From an uncultured Pseudomonadales bacterium (GTDB lineage: Bacteria > Patescibacteriota > Microgenomatia > UBA1400 > PJMF01), in the NCBI GenBank assembly GCA_964574595.1, contig CAZNOF010000004.1:17337-81336 (forward strand): 64,000 bases of DNA, read 5' to 3'. The position numbers and the translations under genes were made by a program. Within the stretch, counting starts at the first letter, position 1. Every line of letters starts with the position of its first letter. The notes below the pieces were generated by a model. It was not told the DNA's origin. It saw only the letters and a list, made by a program, of their open reading frames with translations, and ran no database searches. This document shows, one piece after another, positions 54,747 to 63,651 of the stretch.

Positions 54747-55454
54747 TTACAACTGGCCAGTCAGAATAGTAAAGGCTTTTGGGAAGCGGTGAGACACGGT
54801 TCTCCCCTTCTCAGCTTGTTCTCGCAAAATACGCTCCCCTGTGGGAAAGAGGTAAGCGATTCTCTTGATTAATTCTCGGCGTCTAAACTCCTTCTCGTCT
54901 TGAGAAGTAAGGACTTCAGTCACTTTTTGTTCATAAGCCTGGTGACCAATGTCCCCTGGAATCTTGAGCAGAATATCTTCAGCTGCCAAGGTAGTTCCCT
55001 GAATTTGGGTACCGGTGGTGTGTCGTTTATAGAGTTGATCAATGGTAGTTAAGTGGGTTTGGCTAGAAAGCGAGGCAACTCTGGCAAATTTGTGTTGTTG
55101 AGCAAATTGAATAAATCCCTGAATCTCACTGGAACTATCGACAATTGGTTTGAGTTGACCGTCATCATCTTTCCAATCAGGTAGGAATGTCACTTCAGAG
55201 TCTACTTTTGCTGCTTTGAGCTCGCGAATTGCGGCGCGCGCGTTCACAAGACCAATTGGTAATCGTTCTGTCTCGCCCCAGTAATGTTTCCCAGTAAAAA
55301 CCAGATGCGGCAGGAATTGTGGGTTTTCAGCATGGGCCAAGTATGCCCAGTAGACACTAGCAATCACCAGCGTCATCCCGCGGAGATGTGGTTCCTCTTT
55401 ATCATCCTCTGTGCCCATTGAGTGCACGAGAACAGCTTCATAGTTCTTTGACAT
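54747..55454 (-). CDS. hypothetical protein
   Basis: 235-aa ORF immediately downstream of rpmF. No confident motif. Confidence 0.4.
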   Translation of the reverse strand: MSKNYEAVLVHSMGTEDDKEEPHLRGMTLVIASVYWAYLAHAENPQFLPHLVFTGKHYWGETERLPIGLVNARAAIRELKAAKVDSEVTFLPDWKDDDGQLKPIVDSSSEIQGFIQFAQQHKFARVASLSSQTHLTTIDQLYKRHTTGTQIQGTTLAAEDILLKIPGDIGHQAYEQKVTEVLTSQDEKEFRRRELIKRIAYLFPTGERILREQAEKGRTVSHRFPKAFTILTGQL

Positions 55455-55463
55455 AGTCAGGAA

Positions 55464-55625
55464 TTACTTAGTGGTTGGAAAAAGTGCTGAAATTTTGCCA
55501 AAAAGAGTCTTTTTGTGCAATGGCATTTTTGCCGTTTTAGCATCTTTATTGAGTTTTGGCGTGTTGCCAGCTCGGCGCATGCCTTGTTCTGCTCGAGTGA
55601 TTTTGTTTTTTGGTTGTGCTCCCAT
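55464..55625 (-). CDS. rpmF: 50S ribosomal protein L32 (53 aa; below the ORF-track size cutoff)
   Basis: Manual translation MGAQPKNKITRAEQGMRRAGNTPKLNKDAKTAKMPLHKKTLFGKISALFPTTK. N-terminus matches L32 consensus MAVQQNKKSRSRRGMRRSH. Confidence 0.7.
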   Translation of the reverse strand: MGAQPKNKITRAEQGMRRAGNTPKLNKDAKTAKMPLHKKTLFGKISALFPTTK

Positions 55626-55705
55626 GTGGGTCCTTTAAGAATTGTTTACGTTTCTGATAGACGAAGATTATAGTCTGGAGCAAGCTATTTGGCAAGGTTG
55701 GCGTG

Positions 55706-57736
55706 CTAATTCGCCAACGGGATCTCTTCCGTCTGTGTTTGGGCAATTTCGATAAACGGCTTGAAGGAGATGTTCTGTTGAACTAATTGATCAGAAACGC
55801 GTTTTGCTAATGTTACTAAGGTTAAGTTGGTCCATTCGGCAAACTGCAGTTGATCCAAGCCATGTTGCTGAGTGCCAAATAAATCACCTGCTCCTCTTCT
55901 TTGCAGATCTAATTCGGCCAGTTCTAAACCATTGTGAATGTCACAGAATTTTTTAAGTCGATCTTTGGTTTCTCCAGATTTGGAATTGGTAAAAAGCAGA
56001 CAATACGCTTGCTGACCGGCTCGGCCAACTCGGCCACGAAGTTGGTGCAAACTGGCCAAACCAAATCGCTCGGCAGCTTCAATGACAATGATGCTGGCAG
56101 CTGGCAGATCTACTCCGACTTCCACAATTGGCGTAGTAACGAGCACATCGATTTCTCTTTTATAGAGCCGATCCGTAATCTCGGACTGTTCTGGTTTTTT
56201 GATTCGACCATGTAATAGCTCGATCTTCAGATCTGTTTTCTTATAAAACTTTTTAATATCTTCAAAGGTTTGGGTGGCCGCGGCTATGTGATCCATGCCT
56301 TCGGCTTCTGAGGTGTCAATAAATGGACAGACGATCAACGCTTGTGAGCGCTGACCAGTTTCTGTTTCAGCTTTGGCAATTTCCTCTGCAATCCAGTTCA
56401 AACTGTCGGCTCGTTTTTTTTCTGGAACTAACCAAGTTTTAATCGGCTTGCGGCCAGCTGGCATCTCATCGATGACACTGAGCTGGAGGTGCGAGAAAAG
56501 TGTCAACATTAAGGTTCTAGGAATAGGCGTTGCGGACAAAGTTAAAATATGAGGTGGTCTGGCCAAATTTTGACTTGCGGAGCGTTGTTTAACACCAAAT
56601 CGATGTTGCTCATCGTAAATCAGGAGTGCTGGTTGAGCTTGTTCTAAATAGTTTAAAACCGAGTGGGTGCCAATATAGAGTTTTGGTTCGGCAGTAATGT
56701 CTTTTTTAGCTACTTTGGTTTTGGCGGTTAAGATTTGGATTGGTAAATCTGGGAATAATTTCTTAAAAGTCTCGGCATGCTGCTCTGCCAAGATTTGGGT
56801 TGGTGCTACCAATGCGGCAGAATGTCCCTGGCGAATAAATTGACCGCAAGCAATCCCAGCCACCGCTGTTTTCCCAGAACCCACATCTCCAATTAACAAT
56901 CGGTTCATTGGTACATTTTTTTCTAAATCGCTCAAAATTTCATTGACAGATCTCTGTTGTGCGCCAGTCAAAGAAAACGGTAAATGGTACGTTTCTAAAA
57001 CATTTGCTGAGTTGGTAATGCTGTACGCATTTCCCAGTTTCTGCCACTCTTCTTTCAAGCGTTGTGAGTGTTGAATGAGACCGAGTAATTCTTCTAAGGC
57101 TAGTCGCTCACGAGCGGAAACAACTTTGGCATCTTCTGATGGAAAATGGATCTGATACAGCGTCTCTTGCAAACTAGAAAGTGGCACGTCTGTTTGAATT
57201 GAAAGTTCACTCATCCAGTCGGTGACTGGCGCCAAGTGATCAACAATTTCTTTTAAAATTCTCCGAAATGTAGCTGGCGGAATATCTTGCACCATCGAGT
57301 AAATTGGCACGAGTCGACCAGTGTGAATCGTATCTTCTTTCGCTGCTTCAATGATTGGCTGCACCATGGCGCCACGATCACCAAGTTTGCCACTGATTAA
57401 AAAATGTTTACCTTTGACTAAGTTTTTGGCTACATGTGGATTGTTGAACCACATCAGTTTGAGCTTGCCACTGTCGTCTTTGACCGTAGCGCTTTGAATT
57501 GAGCGACGACCTTTATAAAAATTACTACTTGTCACAACCTCAGCCTCTAAGGTTACCATTTCACCCACGACAAGCTCGCTGATTTTTTTAATGATCGAAC
57601 GATCCTCATACCGGAGTGGAATGAACAGCAGCACATCTTTGACAGTGGTAAAGCCTTTTTGATCAAAAGCCATGGCAAGAGCCGGGCCAATGCCTTTGAC
57701 GGCACGCAAAGGTGATGAAAGAAGGTACTGTGACAT
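55706..57736 (-). CDS. recG: ATP-dependent DNA helicase RecG
   Basis: N-terminal wedge/OB domain. Walker A GDVGSGKTAVA. DEQH box IYDEQHRFGV. Helicase C motifs. Confidence 0.9.
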   Translation of the reverse strand: MSQYLLSSPLRAVKGIGPALAMAFDQKGFTTVKDVLLFIPLRYEDRSIIKKISELVVGEMVTLEAEVVTSSNFYKGRRSIQSATVKDDSGKLKLMWFNNPHVAKNLVKGKHFLISGKLGDRGAMVQPIIEAAKEDTIHTGRLVPIYSMVQDIPPATFRRILKEIVDHLAPVTDWMSELSIQTDVPLSSLQETLYQIHFPSEDAKVVSARERLALEELLGLIQHSQRLKEEWQKLGNAYSITNSANVLETYHLPFSLTGAQQRSVNEILSDLEKNVPMNRLLIGDVGSGKTAVAGIACGQFIRQGHSAALVAPTQILAEQHAETFKKLFPDLPIQILTAKTKVAKKDITAEPKLYIGTHSVLNYLEQAQPALLIYDEQHRFGVKQRSASQNLARPPHILTLSATPIPRTLMLTLFSHLQLSVIDEMPAGRKPIKTWLVPEKKRADSLNWIAEEIAKAETETGQRSQALIVCPFIDTSEAEGMDHIAAATQTFEDIKKFYKKTDLKIELLHGRIKKPEQSEITDRLYKREIDVLVTTPIVEVGVDLPAASIIVIEAAERFGLASLHQLRGRVGRAGQQAYCLLFTNSKSGETKDRLKKFCDIHNGLELAELDLQRRGAGDLFGTQQHGLDQLQFAEWTNLTLVTLAKRVSDQLVQQNISFKPFIEIAQTQTEEIPLAN

Positions 57737-57841
57737 ACGAGCGTCTCTTACAACAACGAAAACAGACCGGCAAAGCTACTGAAGATCAAACTGATGATCG
57801 AGACGATAGCAAAAATCATTAAAATGCGTTGACGTGTTTTA

Positions 57842-59035
57842 TTACTCATGGCTGATTTTGAAGTAACGACGTTTGCCAACCTTCATTACCTCAACCTTTG
57901 TCGTATCAATTTCCGTATTTATATCTGTTGGTCGATCTTCGGCTGGTAATAACTCTACTCCACCTTGCTCAATTAAGCGCTTTAAGTTGGAAGAACTTTC
58001 ATCTGGAATTGCCAATTTGAGCAGGTCCAGTAATCTCATGTTGCCGGACTTTGGAACTGACACAGACTCCATTTCGTCTGGCAACTCTTTCTTTTGGACG
58101 GTCTTTTCAAAATTCGCTTGAGCTTCGTCAGCATCTTTTTTACTGTGCAGTTCTAAGACAATTTGATGTGCTAGTTCTTTTTTGAGCGTCATTGGGTTTT
58201 CTGTTTGCAATCGTTTCTCAATTTCAGCAATTTCATCCAACGATAAACACGTTGCCAAAGTGAAGTAGTTAATGATTAAGTCATCATTTAAAGACATGAC
58301 TTTGCCAAACATTTCATCAGGGCTATCCGTCAACCAAATTGCGTTGCCCCAAGATTTACTCATTTTGCGTCCATCAGTGCCCGCTAAAAAGCCATTCGCT
58401 AAGATAAATGATTCTTTTTCTCGCAAATCTTTTTGCAAAACTCTGCCGGCTTGCATGTTGAATGTTTGATCAGTTCCACCAAGTTGAATATCCGTGTTCA
58501 TGAAGTAACTATCGTAGCCCTGCATGACTGGGTATAACAGCTCATGAAGTCCCACTTTTTTCCCAGCAGCTAAACGTTTTTTAATTAACTCACGTCCCAC
58601 AAACTCGCCGGCAGAAAAATGCTGTGTCAGTTTGACAATGTCAGCAAAAGTCAACTTCTGCAGCCACTCACTGTTAAAGCGAACAGTGACTTGATCAAAG
58701 TCGAGAATCTTTTCAGCTTGTTTTTTGTACGTTTCAAAGTTCTGTTTAATTTGTTCCGAAGTCAACACTGGTCGTTCAGTATCTTTATCTGATGTATCGC
58801 CAATTAATGCAGTGAAATCGCCAATCAAAAACGTAACATGATGCCCCATCTCTGCCAAGGTTTGCAGTTTCCGTAATGGTACGGCGTGACCAATGTGAAT
58901 ATTTGTAGCGGTTGGATCAATTCCCAAATAAATATTGAGCTTTTTGCCACTGGCTAAAAGTTGCTCTAATTTTTCTGAGCTAGGAATAATATTTTCAACT
59001 CCCCGAGTCAAAATATCTTGAATGTTTGATTTCAT
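57842..59035 (-). CDS. tyrS: tyrosine--tRNA ligase
   Basis: HIGH (TNIHIGHAVPL). KMSKS (KMSKSWGNAI). C-terminal S4-like domain. About 400 aa, fitting TyrRS rather than TrpRS. Confidence 0.85.
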   Translation of the reverse strand: MKSNIQDILTRGVENIIPSSEKLEQLLASGKKLNIYLGIDPTATNIHIGHAVPLRKLQTLAEMGHHVTFLIGDFTALIGDTSDKDTERPVLTSEQIKQNFETYKKQAEKILDFDQVTVRFNSEWLQKLTFADIVKLTQHFSAGEFVGRELIKKRLAAGKKVGLHELLYPVMQGYDSYFMNTDIQLGGTDQTFNMQAGRVLQKDLREKESFILANGFLAGTDGRKMSKSWGNAIWLTDSPDEMFGKVMSLNDDLIINYFTLATCLSLDEIAEIEKRLQTENPMTLKKELAHQIVLELHSKKDADEAQANFEKTVQKKELPDEMESVSVPKSGNMRLLDLLKLAIPDESSSNLKRLIEQGGVELLPAEDRPTDINTEIDTTKVEVMKVGKRRYFKISHE

Positions 59036-59778
59036 ATAGGACCTTTAATCTCTGCTAATAAATCTGTTACAACTTTTGAGAACTGCTGTCTCATCTGATT
59101 ACCAAAGGGGTTTTTTCTCTGAATATCAAAGAAAAGTTCCTCTGTATCATGTTCAACGGCATTTTTTTCCTCTATAAGAAGTTTATACCACATCGTATCT
59201 ATTGGGGTGGATTGAATATCCATTCTTTGAGCTATTTTACCAATTAAAAAAGCGTATGCCTGACTAAATGCTACAAATTGGTCGTGTTCCTCTGCTGAAA
59301 GATGAACGACTTTCAGTCCTAGTGAACTGAAAAGTCTATTTATAAACTGCCATGTCTCATCTCTAGTCTTAACCCTAGTGAGGACGATTGGTAATCCTGT
59401 TACTCCCCCATTTTTTACTACAGAGTCAGGTCCAAACAGCGGATGCGTACCAATAATTTCAACTGTCTTAGGCAAAATGTCTGTCATTTGTTGAATGGGG
59501 AAAATCTTTACTGAGCAGACATCCATGACTACAGCAGTGGGTTTCAACTGATGTGCTAGTTCAATCAATGTTGATCGAAAAGCACTGATTGGCACGCAAG
59601 GAATTACCACGTCTACTTCTGATAAAGGAATAGTTGGTGTAAGACGCCGCGAAAACATCACAACTTGAAAATCTGCCTTTGGCAGCTGCTTACTAAAAGT
59701 GTCAGCAAGCAGCGTACCAAATCGGCCAGTTCCAATGATGCCAATTATTTTTGGTTGTCTAAAATCAGGTTCTGGCAT
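59032..59778 (-). CDS. tyrA: prephenate/arogenate dehydrogenase
   Basis: Rossmann IGIIGTGRFG. Signature GTHPLFGP (HPMFGP motif). Overlaps tyrS start by 4 nt. Confidence 0.7.
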   Translation of the reverse strand: MPEPDFRQPKIIGIIGTGRFGTLLADTFSKQLPKADFQVVMFSRRLTPTIPLSEVDVVIPCVPISAFRSTLIELAHQLKPTAVVMDVCSVKIFPIQQMTDILPKTVEIIGTHPLFGPDSVVKNGGVTGLPIVLTRVKTRDETWQFINRLFSSLGLKVVHLSAEEHDQFVAFSQAYAFLIGKIAQRMDIQSTPIDTMWYKLLIEEKNAVEHDTEELFFDIQRKNPFGNQMRQQFSKVVTDLLAEIKGPI

Positions 59779-60610
59779 TGTCGATTTCCTCCATTAAGTT
59801 GATAAATTCTGGCACAGAGAGCTGTTGCCGAGCATCAGTCAAAGCACCCTTAGGATCTGCATGTACTTCAATCATGAAACCATCAAAGTTAACAGAGGGA
59901 TCTAGGATTGCTTCCCGTACAACTTTGATCACTTTATCTTGTCTGCCACCAATATGAGATGGATCCAAAATCATCTTTAATCCAGTGCTTCTTTTGACTC
60001 TCATGGCCATGTCAAAGTCGGGAGTATTTCTCCACTGTTCAGGATTTGCCGTGCCCTATGGCGAAAATCCGCGATGAATCATCGCGACTCTTGTTTTGAG
60101 TTCTTCTTCACTCATCTGAGCGCCTTTGGCAACATGCTGAAGAATCCCCTCCCAGTGGCGTTGATCTCCCCAAGGTTGATTCTTGATAAGCAATAACGTA
60201 TTTTCTGGTGAGTCTTTTAGTGCTCTACCAGCATCGGCTTGCATGGTGTGAACTTGCATTCTTGATCCTAGCCAGACAACTAACTGTTTTTCACCCGGAA
60301 CAGCCGTCAATTTATTGACAAGTGTTTGAATGTCACCGCCGTTTGTGATCTCGGTTGCTACCGCAACATCATGTTTCCGAACCACTTCGGCAAACCACTC
60401 GCCACCTTTTTCGTAACCAACCCCCTCCCAACCCGGCTCCGTTCTTGGTTTGAAGAGACTGGCGCGCATGGCAGGAATTGCCAATGCTTCCATGGCTGCA
60501 CCCATCTGTAAGACCTGCTCCAGCGATTCTGCTGCGCAAGGTCCGGCAATGATCAAGGGGTTCTCCCTTGAATGTTTTTCTAGTTCTATAGGCATAAATG
60601 CCCTTTCCAA
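59765..60610 (-). pseudogene. DAHP synthase (Bacillus/Thermotoga-type AroA(G)/KDO8PS fold) interrupted by a single in-frame TAG (complement of 60056..60058)
   Basis: N-part IIAGPCAAESLEQ...FKPRT. C-part RNTPDFDMAMRVKRSTGLKMILDPSHIGGR. Both halves are in the same frame with only one amber codon between HRGFSP and GTANPEQW. Confidence 0.65.
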
Positions 60611-60613
60611 TAC

Positions 60614-60636
60614 AAAAAACCCGACTAATGGTCGGG
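60614..60636 (-). terminator. intrinsic terminator-like hairpin (minus-strand sense) in the leader of the DAHP synthase gene
   Basis: Minus strand reads CCCGAC-CATTA-GTCGGG followed by TTTTTT. About 20 nt upstream of the GGAAAGGG Shine-Dalgarno. Confidence 0.45.
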
Positions 60637-60765
60637 TATGTATTTTTGTATTAATTATTCTTTATATGTAATGAATCAAAATAAGCCCAACCGTAATTTC
60701 TTAAAGCTAAAATAGAATTGATAGTAGTTTTGATGTTTAAGTGTCATATTTTCCTTTTAAATACT

Positions 60766-60788
60766 AAAAAACCCCTCTTGTGGAGGGG
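60766..60788 (-). terminator. second minus-strand-sense intrinsic terminator with no annotated gene to terminate
   Basis: Minus strand reads CCCCTC-CACAA-GAGGGG followed by TTTTTT. Confidence 0.45.
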
Positions 60789-60876
60789 CTGTTGCATGTA
60801 ATGTTTTAATTTTTTTCTACGAAAGAACCGCTCCACTGTGTTTAGAAGAGTAAAAATAATAGGCGGTGCAAAATAA

Positions 60877-63651
60877 TTGTTGTCTCATATCGAACTGGCG
60901 GAAATTATAACATACCTGCTATACTGGGAAGCTATGGAAATCAATTTAACAGCAATTTGGCAAAATATTACTGCCCCCTTCTATTGGTTGAAGGCCAAGG
61001 TGACTGGGAAGTCCAGACCTCGAAGATATGCTGCCCGCCCCTTATCTGCCGCCGAGAAGAAAATTCGATTCATGAAGTTATTACGACTTGCAGCAGTCTT
61101 AGCTCTGCTTGGTGTGGTAGTTGCTGTGATTCTCTTTTTTGTGGTCTATGCCTTAGTCGCTAAAGATCTGCCAAAGCCAGGTCAAATTGTTCGCCATGAT
61201 GGATACAGCACCAAGATATTTGATCGTAAAGGAAAATTACTCTATGACCTTTATGAAGATGAGCAACGTGAGCCAGTCTCGTCTGAACAAATTGCCCCAA
61301 TTTTGAAGCAAGCCACTGTTTCTATTGAGGACAAAGATTTTTATAACCACGGTGGTTTTGATTTCTTAACTCCTTTCCGCATTGTCTACAACTATATTTT
61401 CCGAGGAGGCCGCGTTGTCGGTGGCTCAACACTTACTCAACAGCTAGTGAAAATGGTGCTGCTTAGCAACGAACGAACGGTCATTCGTAAGTTTAAAGAG
61501 TTTGTGTTAGCTATTGAAATAGAGCGAAGTTTCTCCAAGGATCAAATCCTGGTCATGTATTTAAATGAAGCGCCATACGGTGGAAACTCTGCCGGTGTGG
61601 GTGCTGCGTCTAAAATGTATTTTGGCAAACCAGCCAGTGACCTCAACTTAGTTGAAGCGGCTGTAATGGCTGGATTACCTCAATCACCAAGTCGTTACTC
61701 GCCTTTTGCAGACAGAAGATCATCCGATGGTGTGCCACTTTGGAAAGTTAGAGCTCAAGGTGTTTTGAACAGTATGTATCAAAATAAATACATTACGAAG
61801 GATCAATTAGCTCAAGCTGTCAAAGATTTAGATACCCTTCAATTCCAAACTCCTCAGAGTCAAATTGTGGCCCCGCACTTTGTGTTTTACGTCAGAGATC
61901 AACTGGAAAAACAGTTTGGTCAGGATGCGGTTTCTAAAGGCTTACAAGTGACTACCACGCTTGATTTAGATGTTCAGCAAAAAGCGCAACAAATTGTCAA
62001 AGATGAAATTGGCAAAGTGAAAAATATCAATATTAGTAACGGTGCCGCCATGGTACTGAACCCACAAACTGGTGAGATTTTAAGTATGGTGGGAAGTGCT
62101 GATTACAACGATAAAACAATTGATGGTCAGTTTAACGTGGCAGTAGATGGTTTGAGACAGCCAGGCTCCTCGATTAAGCCAATTACCTACTTAGGCATGT
62201 TCCGCAAGGGCTACACCCCATCTAGCATGTTGGTAGATGCGCCAACTACGTTCCAACAAAATGACAAAATTGACCCATATACTCCAGTCAACTACGACGG
62301 CAAGTTCCGCGGCCCTGTTAACCTAAGAAATAGTATTGGTAACTCTTTGAACATTCCGGCAGTTAAATCGTTAGCGATTGTTGGCATTCCAGATTTCTTG
62401 CAGATGGCATACGACATGGGTTTCCCAACCTTAGAACCATCTTCTGCCAATCTGAGACGTTTTGGTCTAGCTTTGACATTAGGTGGTGGTGAAGTTCATT
62501 TGATTGATACAGTCTCGGCATATAGTGCATTTGCGAATGGTGGAACCAAAGTTGAGCCAGTATCTATCTTAAAAGTTACAGACGTCAAAAATAACACCTT
62601 ATACGAGTTTCATCCCGTAGTAGGCAAACGAGTGATGACCCCAGAAGAGGCATTTTTAATCAACAGTGTTTTATCTGACAATAATGCTAGAGCAATGGAG
62701 TTTGGTCTCAATTCTCTCTTCAACACTGGTAAACCAATCGCCGTGAAGTCTGGTACCACCAACGATAAAAAAGATAACTGGGCAGTTGGTTGGAGTCAAA
62801 ACTTTATGGTAGGTGTTTGGGTGGGAAACAGTAATAATACGGCCATGAAGTCAGTTGCCTCTGGTGTGACAGGTGCCTCCCCTATTTGGAGACAAATTGT
62901 GAATGGTTTGATTGCTGATGGGTACAAAGCTCCAGACTGGAACATCCCTTCAGGAATTGATCAAGTTGATGTAGATAATATTTCCGGATATCCACAGCAC
63001 GATGGCTATGCATCTCATAAGGAGTATGTGATCCATGGAACACTGCCTAACTTGCCAGATGCAGTCCATGCCAAACTGAGAGTTTGTAAAGGTGAGAATA
63101 AACTAGCAACTGACGCTAAAATCGGGGCTGGTGACTACGAGGAAAAAGAGTTTGTGGTTTTGAAAGAAGAAGATCCTTACAGCCAAGATGGCAAGAATCG
63201 ATGGCAAGATGGAATTAACTCTTGGGTCTCTTCTCAAAATAACGACATCTACAAATATCCAACTGAGTACTGTGGTAGTACCAGTGACATTTCGGTCAAA
63301 GTGAATGCGCCAAATAATCAACAAAAACTTGACGGTGAAGATGTGAACATTGAAGGTTCTGCAAGTTCCGGAGATGGAATTGATAAGTTGGAACTTTGGG
63401 TAGACGGTGCCGTCAAGGAATCAGTCAACAGTAATAGCTATAAACAAACAGTTCATCTGCCTGCAGGTCAGCACCAAATTTACTTTAAAGCCTATGCACA
63501 TAACGGGCAAACTGCCCAAAGTGGTACAGTCAATATTGGTACTGGTGGTCAAGATTGGCAGAAACCAAATCCTTCACCAACTCCAACACCGAGTCCAACA
63601 CCAAGTCCATCACCTTCCCCAATTTTACCGTTACCGTCACCTAGTCCGTGA
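60877..63651 (+). CDS. ponA: class A penicillin-binding protein (GT51 transglycosylase + transpeptidase) with C-terminal Ig-like domain and Pro/Thr/Ser tail
   Basis: GT51 motifs EDKDFYNHGGFD and RKFKEFVLAIEIER. TPase motifs SSIKP (SxxK), SGN region and KSGTT (KTG). True start probably at a later Met (60934 or 61075), before the TM helix LRLAAVLALLGVVVAVILFFVV. Confidence 0.85.
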   Translation: MLSHIELAEIITYLLYWEAMEINLTAIWQNITAPFYWLKAKVTGKSRPRRYAARPLSAAEKKIRFMKLLRLAAVLALLGVVVAVILFFVVYALVAKDLPKPGQIVRHDGYSTKIFDRKGKLLYDLYEDEQREPVSSEQIAPILKQATVSIEDKDFYNHGGFDFLTPFRIVYNYIFRGGRVVGGSTLTQQLVKMVLLSNERTVIRKFKEFVLAIEIERSFSKDQILVMYLNEAPYGGNSAGVGAASKMYFGKPASDLNLVEAAVMAGLPQSPSRYSPFADRRSSDGVPLWKVRAQGVLNSMYQNKYITKDQLAQAVKDLDTLQFQTPQSQIVAPHFVFYVRDQLEKQFGQDAVSKGLQVTTTLDLDVQQKAQQIVKDEIGKVKNINISNGAAMVLNPQTGEILSMVGSADYNDKTIDGQFNVAVDGLRQPGSSIKPITYLGMFRKGYTPSSMLVDAPTTFQQNDKIDPYTPVNYDGKFRGPVNLRNSIGNSLNIPAVKSLAIVGIPDFLQMAYDMGFPTLEPSSANLRRFGLALTLGGGEVHLIDTVSAYSAFANGGTKVEPVSILKVTDVKNNTLYEFHPVVGKRVMTPEEAFLINSVLSDNNARAMEFGLNSLFNTGKPIAVKSGTTNDKKDNWAVGWSQNFMVGVWVGNSNNTAMKSVASGVTGASPIWRQIVNGLIADGYKAPDWNIPSGIDQVDVDNISGYPQHDGYASHKEYVIHGTLPNLPDAVHAKLRVCKGENKLATDAKIGAGDYEEKEFVVLKEEDPYSQDGKNRWQDGINSWVSSQNNDIYKYPTEYCGSTSDISVKVNAPNNQQKLDGEDVNIEGSASSGDGIDKLELWVDGAVKESVNSNSYKQTVHLPAGQHQIYFKAYAHNGQTAQSGTVNIGTGGQDWQKPNPSPTPTPSPTPSPSPSPILPLPSPSP

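Noticed and set aside
55546-55746. 66-aa minus-strand ORF rich in Arg/Lys
   Set aside because: Wrong frame. The real gene here is the 53-aa rpmF at 55464..55625.
59765-60610. Frameshift explanation for the split DAHP synthase
   Set aside because: Codon-by-codon reading shows both parts share one frame with a lone TAG between them. It is a nonsense codon, not an indel.
60611-60876. Protein-coding potential in the PBP-aro spacer (ORF 60450..60671 etc.)
   Set aside because: Translations are low-complexity. The region is better explained by terminator hairpins and promoter DNA.
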